64,000 bases of DNA from Proteromonas lacertae (Eukaryota): the NCBI GenBank assembly GCA_002245135.1, contig NGBS01001166.1, positions 62,001 through 126,000 on the forward strand, in the 5' to 3' direction. This document shows positions 49,063 through 60,900 of the stretch, piece after piece; the stretch's first letter is position 1; every line of letters begins with the position of its first letter. Below the pieces are notes generated by a model, which saw only the letters and a list, made by a program, of their open reading frames with translations, did not search any database and was not told where the DNA came from. A program made the translations under genes and the position numbers.

Positions 49063-50243
49063 TTATTTCCTCTTCTTACAAAACACAATATGCTGTGCCA
49101 ATTTAAAAGGTCGTGTAGACACTAATTTACATCTAGGACACTGAAAATCTGGAGGATTGACTTGATCAAAATGTTTTAACACATTATTACGATAAATATT
49201 AATATACTTCTTCTGCATACATGTACTATATATTCATATAAATTGAATAATATTATACACAGATATAGAATCCATTTCATTGGTATTTTTCACACCCGAA
49301 AATGCACCTCTGCTTCTAGCAATGATTTTATGAATTGATGATGATCTAGTCCATTTACCACGATCTATAATAACAAATAATAATATAAATTATATACAAT
49401 ATTTAAACCATCTAAAGAATGATTTAAATGTAATTTGATTTGTGTTTTTGGGGTCACAATATCTCTGTAAATGATCTTTGAGTGGTACTAATTGGAATAT
49501 ATCATACACCAAATATTGAACTTCATTAAATGTCAAATACCCTTTATTTGATATATCACACTTCTTGAACAATATTTCCAATTTATCACCTTCTTCGTCA
49601 GCAGAGAATTTACGTGTTAATAATGGCTCAGCTTCTTCTCTCAATTTCTGCTTCATATCATCAATTGTTCCTTTCTTTTTTGTATCTGTCAGTTTGTCTT
49701 TACAAGCGATGATTGCTTGGTTTTCAGCATCTCTTATTGTATCTTCACGATAACATTGTCTTAATTTCTCACTTTTATCGTATCTTAGATAGATTAACCA
49801 CCTTCTTACATATTTTTGAATTATAATTGCAGCATTTTCTTGTTTTCGTTTTTTCTGTCGTAACTATTATTGTATATATATATATATATAAATAAATAAA
49901 TAAATTATACTATTTTTGTTCTTTCAGATTCGATTCCCTCCATTTCATGTCTCAATTTTGAGTTTTTATTAGTTGTATCGAATGGAGAATCTCTATCTGT
50001 AAATGACGAGGAATATAAATATATTGGAGCATCACTGCCACTAGCAGAAGTCAATCGACTTCTACTTGAGTGTACATGGTACTCTGTTCTGGAAGAAGCA
50101 TAAAGAATTTTTGGTTCATCTTCATCAGCCACTGAATTAGGAAAAACGAACTCACATATTGGTTTTAAACGACTATGTGACTTTTGAGAATCAGAACTGC
50201 GCTCTGAGTTTTGATTACGAACAAAGTTTGGCCTATTTAACAT
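49063..50243 (-). CDS. IQ-motif + EF-hand + C-terminal C2HC zinc-finger protein
   Basis: Spliced product contains AAIIIQKYVRRWL (IQ), LFKKCDISNKGYLTFNEV and CDPKNTNQITFKSFFRW (EF-hands), and FQCPRC...LAQHIVFC (C2HC). Confidence 0.65.
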
Positions 50244-50440
50244 ATCTAGTTATGTAGTGACATATAACGATTTAAAAAAGAAAAGAAAACAACCATAAAA
50301 TTTCAAGCTTTGTATTTGAAGATGTGTAACGAATAAAAACACAATAAACAAAATATATCTTGTTATAAAACGATATATATAATATAGATATATATCACTA
50401 TTGTGGGAAAAAATAGAGGACATTTTTATAATACTTTTTG

Positions 50441-53400
50441 TTACAACAGAGACTCATCTCCTTCACAAAGCAGTAGAGAAGAGAATTGTTGGATATAATA
50501 GTTGATATAATCATCATCATCTGTTCCAAATATACTTGTCAACTCATTCTTTACAATTGGATCTTCACAACTTGGAACAATTCCAGATTGACTTTTGTCT
50601 TTGATATATTCATAAGCAATTTGATATACCTCACCACCCAAATATTCTTCAAGTCTTGCAGATAAAATAGACGAATCTTCTGCTTCTGGTTGATTAATAT
50701 ACTCAGTTTGTTGATAATCATACTCATTTCCATAATTCTGGCTATAATCCTGATATTGTTCTTGATACTGTTGTGATTGTTGTTGTTGTTGTGGATAATA
50801 CTGTTGATATTCATCAGGATAACTTTGAGGTGAAACATATGAATTATTACTATTATAATTATTTTGTTCATCTTCTTGAGAATCTGAATAATCTATTGTT
50901 AAATTCTTAGGAATATCTACTGGATGTAGATGTCTATCATTTTTCCTTTGTCTTATCACTGTTCTATCATAGTTCATACCTACATCTTCATCACGACTGT
51001 AACTTCTATATGATTGAGGTGTAATGTAATTATTATTATTATTATTATTATCTTCTTCAATATCTTCATCCACATCCATATCATCATCATCATCATCATC
51101 ATCGTCATCTTCACTATCATCACTATCTCCTTCATAATCATTATGTAGTGATTCATATTTCGGTCTTTGTTCGTGTAATGGTAAAGGAGAAGATGACTGT
51201 ATTCGTAACTTTGAGGATGTGATAGATGATGAAGATGATGATGGTGGTGGTACTTTGGGTGGTAAATAAGATGGTGATTGTGGTGGAATAGGTGGTAATG
51301 ATGAATAACTGTCAACTGATACTTTGTCTTCACTATCAACGTGATTTCTTGTCTCTGGAATTTCATCTTCTGAATAAGTGTCATCTGTATCATCTGCTGT
51401 TATATCAGTTTCATAATTCAGTCTCTTTTTTGATGATGATGATGTTTTTATTATTTCTTCACTATTATTATTATTATTAACAATATTCCTTTTATTTGAG
51501 ATACTTTTTGTAGTATTAACTTTTGGTGAAATTCGGTCTTTTTTAGGTGTTGAATTATTGATACTTTTATTGGAGGATTTTCTTACATTACTACTCTTTG
51601 ATTTAACACTCAATCTCTTCTCCTCTTCATAATCATCTTCATCATTATTAACAACATCCTGTTGTTGTTGAACAATATTTCTACTATTCCTTCTACTACT
51701 ACTGGACTTCGCTTCTTCTTTTATAATTACACTGCTTCTTTTACTGGATGTACTTTTTACACTCATTCTTTTCTTCCTACTGGTACTGTTATTGTTAATT
51801 ATCTCTTCGTCATTTCTGGATGAACTTCGGCTATGGTGGATAATACTTTTTACACTCTTTACACTATTCCTTTTACTACTACTACTGCTGTTTTTAAAAC
51901 TAATCCTTTTCTTATCTTTTACTTTCTCTCGTTCTTCTTCTTCTTCATAATCATCATTTTCACTTTCATCATCTTCATCTTCACTGATTGTTTTGGTTCT
52001 ATTAATCCCCACTGATAATCGATTACTACTACTTTTAGCATGAACTATTTGAGTCCCTTCTTGTGAATCTAATAATGCTAATTCTTCATCTTCATCATCA
52101 CTTGTACTATCTTCTGTACCAATCTCTTCTTTCAATTGTTCACATTTCTCTTTTGTACGTTGTAATTCTTCTCTTAATTTCTTCTCTTTTTGCTCTAATT
52201 CATCATTTTCTATACTATCTATTATACAAGGTGCCATTCCTATTGCCCAACTATCACTGGCTTGATCAGGCTTGAATGGAGGAGAATCTGAGGAACTTCT
52301 TTCTGAATTTGATACAAATTTCATTGAAGCTATAATATAATATAATATAATTATATATATGAATATACATCTTGATTTATCAATTGCTAAACTTGGTACT
52401 GGAGCTGGTATTGATACTGGTTCTGGTAATCGTGATGATGCTGGTCTTATATTCCTCTTTTGTGATTTCTGTTGAATTTGTTTCAACTTTGACTCTGGCT
52501 TGGGACTTTGTGATTTTATCTCTCGTTTCTTTATCTTCTTTCACTCTTACTAATGCTTGTTTTATTATATTTGTCTTTTCTTTAGCAAATGATAATTCAT
52601 TCTTCTTTTTATCAATTACATTCTTTGGAATCTTTTCTCCTGGCTTTGGTAATGGTCCTGGCAATATTGATTGTGATTCTAATCGTTTATCTAATTCATC
52701 CAACATACCTAAGTGATTTAATTGTATTTTCAATGAAGAAATCATTTCATTATTATCATCAGAATACATATCTTTTACTGCACCAAGTATTGCATGTTGT
52801 ATCTTTATTGTACCATCTCCAGAGAAATCAGCAGGCCTTGTAGCTAAATCTACTAAATAATCTAATACACGAGGTTTAATAAAATCACTTTTTAATACAT
52901 CAGATAAAGCTGGTCTTTTGGTTGGATCAACGGCTAATAATTGTCCAATTAAAACACTCAATTCTTTACTATATTTACTGGAAATTGGTTGAAACTTACC
53001 AACTGTAACAATACGACTTAAAGCAGCCAATGAATTAGCTTCAAATGGATGATGAAGTGCAATCAATTCATATAATATACAACCACAACCCCACACATCA
53101 ACTTTAAAATCGTAAGGCTTATTCTCAAATACCTCTGGAGCCATATAATACGGTGTACCAAGTGCAGTTTGTGCCATTGCATATGTACCATCTAAGGATT
53201 TGGATATACCTAGATCTCCAACAACCAATCGACCATTTCCTAATAAAAACATGTTTTGGCTCTTTATATCTCTATGTAGTATTTTATGTTCATGAAGGTA
53301 TTCAATACCTAGTAACATTTGTACAAAATAGTTGAGAATTACAGATTCTTTGATTGTTTTATTCAGTTTCTTTGCTCTTTTGTATATTGCTGATAGATCA

Positions 53401-53727
53401 CTTCCATCACAGTACGTCATGCATATACATAGATAACTACCATCTTTGGTCAAAAAGCTTTCCTAATAAAATATAGATATAATATTCATGCCTTGTATCC
53501 AATAATATTTGGATGTGATAAGCTTTTCATTAGAGCTATTTCTTTTTCACAAGTACGCTTTTCCGGAGTAGTTATGCCTTCCATATTGATCATCTTAAGA
53601 GCATAGTATTTCTTTTCTTTTATATGCCTAGTTAAATAGACCTAATTGAATTAAATATAATGAGCTATACATCTCCATATGATCCCTTACCCAAAGTTCT
53701 AACTTTTTGATAATTTCTAATAGACAT
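50441..53727 (-). CDS. NIMA-related (NEK1/4-like) Ser/Thr kinase with long disordered tail
   Basis: LGKGSYG, YALK, HPNIIGYKESF, HRDIKSQNMFL, GDLGISK, GTPYYMAPE and DVWGCGC, plus a C-terminal LEEYLG..Y..AY helix typical of NEKs. One GC-AG intron, one in-frame 39-nt intron and one +1 break at ~52515. Confidence 0.9.
53463..53491 (-). other. 29-nt GC-AG intron in the NEK kinase
   Basis: GGA TAC AAG|GCATGAATATTATATCTATATTTTATTAG|GAA AGC TTT; removal restores the conserved YKESF. Confidence 0.85.
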
Positions 53728-53984
53728 CAGGCTGGTGTACAGAGAATAAGGATTCTATTGTTTATGAAATTATAGGGTTTGTATTTAACGAGAAAGGACA
53801 AGAAACTCAAAACTTGTAACTATCGTAACAAAAAATATTTTTTGAAACCCCACACTTTTTTGATGTTTTTTCTTCAGTAGAATGTTGTGATAGAAATCAT
53901 CTGCATACTAAATAATGTGAATGAAAGATAATGATTATGCTATTAATAAACCAAACAATCAACAGAGTAAAAAAAATAAATAAA

Positions 53985-54845
53985 TTAAAGAGGTAAGTTA
54001 TAAGTTTTACGCACAGCAAGTAGATGCTTATACCATTTATATAATTGATTTTTCAAGTCATTATAAGTTGATTCTAAATTATCATTCACAAGAATCTATT
54101 ATTCAATAATAACAATAACATATACTAAGTCATAAAAGCCATGATCAGCAAAATCCAAATCAGCATTCAGTTCATTCATTGTTTTCTGAATAATTTCCTC
54201 ACTTTCACCTCTCTTTTGCAATCTTTGTTCTAAAACTTCAGGAGATGGCGGTTTAATAAATATATAGAATGGTTTCTGCTCAAATTTCTTACATTTATTA
54301 TATTCTTTACTTCCTTTTACATCAGTTTCTAATAAACATATTTTACCATCTTTTGTTATATTATCGTAAGTCTGTTTTGCTATTCCATATCTATTGCCTT
54401 CTCTATCTTCTTCTACTCTTAAGAATTTACCTTCCTCGTGCATTTCACTCATTTTATCTGTTGAGATAAATATTAAATTTTGATCAGTTGAATTAGGAAC
54501 TTTAGTTGTATGTTTTGGAGCAACTTGGAAGGCTTTTGGAAATTCGCTTAATATTTTTCTAACTATTGCATGCTTACCTGCACCATTTGGACCACATAAG
54601 ATAATTCCTTTTTGTTGTTTTAATAATTCTGAAAAATAGTCAGATGCATATTTATGTAAGTTTCTAGGCTTTCTTAACAATACAGAAGTAAAGAAATCAT
54701 CAACTAAATTTCTTAATTCTGGATGGGCTCTCATGTAAGATGCATTATTTGAAAGAAGTGCTTCCTATATTTTATTATTATAGATAATATTCAATACTTT
54801 CTTAATATTGAAGTCTGCAATCTCATCAAATGTTAGGTTCTCCAT
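53985..54845 (-). CDS. RIIa-domain (RIIAD1-like) / guanylate-kinase-like fusion protein
   Basis: N-terminal NASYMRAHPELRNLVDDFFTSVLLRKPRNLHKYASDYF is an RIIa D/D domain. GPNGAGK, HTT, GNRYG, IFIKPPSPEVLEQRLQKRG.E.EE.I and YDLILVNDNLE follow (guanylate kinase). Two introns. Confidence 0.75.
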
Positions 54846-54963
54846 AAAAACAAAAATATTAAAATAAAAACGATTTTAGACTTGAGAAAGCTTGATTCTA
54901 TTTTGAATTTTTTCAAGCGAATAGTTTATTATAGGAATAGAAGAAAAATAAATATTATTTATT

Positions 54964-57900
54964 ATGAATAGAACAGCATATAATGATACACATATGTTAA
55001 ATTCAACATCAAAAAGCGGTAATCGTCAAAATAGAAGTAACACCTTAGGTGAATCTACTATATACCCAAGATCTGCTGATACATCAGTGTCATCAGTATA
55101 AATATGCTAATGTTTTATTTATTATAGTCAACTATACAAGAAGCTAACAACATTAGTGGTTACAATCCTTCAAACTCATCATTTACCTATAATAAAGACA
55201 GTCAACTATCAAAATCATCATCAAGATTTGAGATGAATGAATTGCTAAGGCAACAATACACGAAAATAAAAGAATTAAGAAATGAGAATAATCGATTAAA
55301 AGCAGCTAAAGATTCATTCATCCATTCAGTAACTCAATTAGAACAAGAGAATCAGAATTATATGATAAATAATGAACAACTAATAGAAGAGAATAAGCAA
55401 CTCAATAATCAAACTATTCAACTACAAAATGAATATGATATTCTCTTTAAAACCAACCAGCAATTAATGGATGATAATAAAGTATTAAAAAAACAGAATG
55501 ATACATTAAATAAAGAGAATAGAAGACTACTTCAAATGAGTCATGGTACAGAATCAACAATGATTGATCAAAATGCAGATTATGAAAAAACAATGAGAAA
55601 TTTAAGCAATGAAAATCAAAAGTTTAAAACATATATATCACAATTAGAAGATGAAAATACCAAATTAAACAAACACATTACAAGTTTAGAAAAGACTTTA
55701 AATGGTGCTGAAATAAATCAAGTGAATGATTTGAAGATTGATGAATATAGAGCTGCATTGAATAAAGCAAAAGATAAGATTGAAAAGTATAGAAATATTA
55801 CACAAAAACTAAAAGATAAAGTAAAAACATACCAATTAGTATTTTTTATATATTTTATTTATTATCATTTTATTTAAATAGAAATTGAAAGAAGTAGAGA
55901 GCCAATCAATTAATAATAAACACAAGTCAAATGGATGATGATACACTCTCTGAAACTTCAACAAGATCGAATATAGTAAGTGAACAAGAAGAACAAATCA
56001 ATAAATATAAAGATCAAATCAACAAACTAATCGATGAGAATAAGAAAATAGTTGAAATCAACAATTCTAATCAAGAAACAATAATGCAACAAGGATTAGA
56101 AATAACTGAATATATGGTCCAAATAGAAGAAATATCTCAGAAGTATGAGATATTAGTTCAAGAGTTTGAAGAATTAAAAGAACAACAGAAACAAGACGAA
56201 GGACAAGAAAATGATCCAAATAATTCAGTAATTATAAATGTAGATCATAATCCATCATTGTCATATTTGATTTACAATATGGTTGAGTTGTATGAAGAAG
56301 AAAGAAGAATAATTGAAGTATATAATGATGAAATATCAATAAATGATAATTTGAAAGAAGAAAATATAGAATTAAAAGAGCAATATCTTCAGCTAGATGA
56401 GTATCAATCTATTGATATGTTAAATGAAGAAAGGGATGAAGATAATAATGACTATATTCTTAATGATATTATTACAATTGAAGAAATAGATGACAGAGAA
56501 GAGTTAATAACTAAAATACAAATATTAAATGAACAAAATGACCAATTGCAGAAATTGATAGATGTAATTAAACAAGAAAATGAGAATTTGGCAAATAGAA
56601 CTAAAGATGCTATTGAAAAAATAGAACAATTAGATATAACTGAATAACTCTTTTAGAAAAAGAATTCAAACAATGGAAAGAGACTATTCTTCTTTGGTTC
56701 AAAATAATCAAATTCTAAAGAATGAAAATGAGAAATACAAATTCGATTTAGATAAATATGAAGAGATGGAAAATGAAATGAGAATAATAAAAGAAGAATA
56801 TGAAAAGATAAAGATAGATAATGATAATATAACAAAAGAGAGAGATACATATTTAGAACAATATAATTCGCTAGCAAATTACATTCACTGAAGAACAAAA
56901 GAAGAAAGAAGAGGAAGAAACAAAATCAGTAGAAAATGAAAACAATAACAACAATGATGTGTATGATATGATGTCTCAGATTATATCATACATAAATGAA
57001 GTATATACAAAGAATGACCAAGAATTCAATAAACTATTTGAAATCATTTCCAAACTTTATACACAATATTATGCCTATGAATATTCGCAATGTGATTATT
57101 TAGTTTTCCAACCAAATGATAATCTCAAGAAAGAGAATGGCGAAGAAGATGATTCTGATGATGAAAAAGAGAAAATAAATGAAGATGAATATTACAAATT
57201 ATACAATGAACATCAAGCAGTTATTAATCAATATGATGAACTAAAATTAGAGAATGAAAAGCTGATTGAAGAGAGAAAGATGGTTGATATATTGTGTGAA
57301 ACAACATCATCAAATATGAACAAATCAATTGAATATATCCATATTTTATTAACTGCACTTCATTATCCATCAGGTAATATATATAGAAACATATACTCTA
57401 CATTCTTAAGAGATATTGAAGATAAATTGTTATATTATATTGACATATTTGATATTAAAATGGATTATAAACAAGAAGAAGAGATATGTGATAGAATAGA
57501 ATCAGAAATAACAGTTTTGTGTGATAATTTCATAATTTATCCAAGAGAAAATAGAAAATTGGATATAATGAGAAATGAAGTGATAAGTCTAAACAATAAC
57601 AATAAAAATAATGAATTAGTAATTTCAAAAACAAGGAGATATGTTAATACTCCATTTCCAAAGCCAAAATCTAATAACAATAATAATAGTAGTTATTTGA
57701 ATTCAACAGTAATACCAAATAATACATCACTTTCTAATTCAATAATAATGGATGATGATATTGAACAATATAAGAATAGATACAATGAAATATACAACAA
57801 TTTAGAATCTCAGAATACAATTCTTCAAGCAGAATATTCAAATGTAAAACAGATGAATAATGAAATCTCAAAGACTATTCTTGAATTACAAACACAATTA

Positions 57901-60900
57901 TATGAAGAAAAATCACAGAATTATATACTGAATTTGAGTTTATCCAACCTTCAACTTGAATATAACAACTACAAAACATTTGTAGCTCAAAATAAAGAAA
58001 TATTGGACAATAAAAACATTAGTGATGTGGTTATGAAATATAGAGATTTAAATATACAATATCAATCAGTAGAAATAGAAAAATCAATATATCTCAAACA
58101 AATTGAAGAATATAAAAACAGATATAGCATAATTGAAAAACAATGTCGACTATTCCAAAGTAGATTAGAAGATAATACAAAGAAAGTGAGAATAACTGAT
58201 GAAAAATACACAAAATTATTAAAGAAATATTTGAAATTAAACACTGAGAATAAACTGATGTTAGACAATTATAAATCATATCAAAAACAACTTACAGCAT
58301 ATAATCGTCAGAATTCAGAATTATTGAAAGAGAATAAAGAATTATTAGACAATAGAGTTGAACTATACAAAAGAATATCTCAATTTGAAGCTGATATTGA
58401 TTATTATAAAGATACTAATGCAGTAATATCAAAACAATTACATACATTATCAATTTCAAATAACATAATTAGTAGGTCAAATTATACATTACAAAACCAA
58501 TACTTTGACTTATTGAATAATACAATTGACAATGATTCAATCAATCATGAAGAACTCTTTAGATATGATGTAATTCATTTTGATAGAGTGAATGAAGAAT
58601 ATAATTTGGATGATAATTTATCTTATCATGTTACAGATTCAAATGGTTTATTCTATGGTGGTTGTTATTTGCAGTATGAAGAGTATAATGCTTTGCTATT
58701 AGAATTCAAAGAAGAAGAAAAAGAAGAGGTTATTCTGTCAGAAGAGATATTTAATGATTTAGATTTAATAATGGAAGAAGAAACACTTCAAAATATAAAT
58801 TACATGGTTGATTCTATATGTGATAATTCTTCTAATAATTCAATTGTAAATACTGATAGAATAAATGTATTATCAGATGCTATATCCGAAGAAAAGGAAG
58901 AGATAAATGTTGCAGAATCTTCAAATTTGAACATAGTTTTCATGCCTTTTGTTTCAATAGATCAAGAAAAGAATAAAGAAATAACTTTAGAATCATTTGA
59001 TAATATTGAAATGACATATGATGAGAATGAAAGTGAAGATATATTGAGAAATGAAACAGAAATATTCAATTATGAAGATAAGATAAAAGATGAAGTAAGT
59101 ATTATTCCACAAGAAACAATTCATGAAATAGAAAGAGAAAATGTTGAATTAACCAAATTAGATTATGAAAGTATAGTTTTACAATCAGATAAAGAGGAAT
59201 TAATACTAATGGATACAGGTGATTTAAATGTAATAAACATTGATAATGATAAAGTAACAGAAGAAGAAGATGTGAAGACTGAGGTAGTAGAAAAGAGAAA
59301 TGAAGATGTTTTAGAGGTTATTTCATCTGAGATTGTTAATTATAATTACATATCTGAAGAGAATACAGTAATTCAATCAAATATTATTGGTGAATTAATG
59401 GACTATTCATCAGAATATATCGTTTATGATAAACTAGAAAATATACAAGAAGATGAAGAAGTGAAAGAAGAGAATGTAATTGTAAATGAAGAAATAGGTT
59501 GAATATATAAATGATGAGGTGAATGAAGTTGTTAGTTTAGATATTGTAAATAGTATAAATGATATAGTATCTGATATGTTAATGAATGAAATTGTGAGTA
59601 GTATAAATGATGTAGAAAGTGAATATGTAAGTAATGATAAATTAGAGAGTATAAATGATGTTCAATCAGAGATAGTGAAATTAGAGTTGATTGAAAGTAT
59701 AAATGATGTTGAAGTCAGAGATTGTAATTTCAACAATAATTGAGAATATAAATGATATTCCATCTGAAATTGTGAAACTAAATGTAGTTAATAGTATAAA
59801 TGATATAGAAAACGAGTTTGTAATTACAGATAGTAATGAAAGTATAAATGACACTCCATCCGAGATAATGAACTTGGAGATAATAGAAAGTATAAATGAT
59901 GTAGAGAATATAATAACAACGAATGAAATTGTGAATGGAATAAATGATGTCAAAAGTGAATATATAACAACAGATTCAATAGAAAGTCTCAACGATGTTG
60001 AAAATGAAATAATGAAGTTAGATATGATTGAAAGTCTTAATGATGTTGAAAATGTGGTTGTATCACTTGATGTTGTGAATGATTTCAATGATGTTCCATC
60101 AGAATTTATCGCAACTGAAACAATCGAAGGATTATTTGATGTAGAATCGGAAGTGATTACATCTACTCTAGTTTGTAGTTTGAATGATGTTGCTTCAATA
60201 TATATTAAAACTGATAATTTGGATGGAATAAATGATGTAGAAAGTGAAGTAATTCAATATAATAATGTTGAAAGTATAAATGATGTTGAATCAGAAGTTG
60301 TTACATCTGTAGAAGTGAATAGCATAAACGACGTTGAGTCTGTTTTCTATAGAACAGAATATATTTATGGAATAAATGAAGTAGCATCTGAAGTATTGAA
60401 ATCAGATTTAGTTGAAAGCATTAACGATATGGAGAATGTTGTACTAAGTAATTCAACTGAATGTATAAATGATGTAGAAAGTGAATATGTAATTAATGAT
60501 AAATTAGAGAGTATAAATGATGTTCAATCAGAGATAGTGAAATTAGAGTTGATTGAAAGTATAAATGATGTTGAAAATGTAGTTATCAGTGATTCCATTG
60601 AAAGTATAAATGATGTTGAAAGTGAGATTGTAATTTCAACAATAATTGAGAATATAAATGATATTCCATCTGAAATTGTGAAACTAAATGTAGTTAATAG
60701 TATAAATGATATAGAAAACGAGTTTGTAATTACAGATAGTAATGAAAGTATAAATGACACTCCATCCGAGATAATGAACTTGGAGATAATAGAAAGTATA
60801 AATGATGTAGAGAATATAATAACAACGAATGAAATTGTGAATGGAATAAATGATGTCAAAAGTGAATATATAACAACAGATTCAATAGAAAGTCTCAACG

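Noticed and set aside
29267..49890. (TA)n microsatellites at ~29270, ~32005, ~37735 and ~49875, and (CA)n at ~40620
   Set aside because: Simple slippage repeats inside introns or spacers of AT-rich DNA, with no sign of function.
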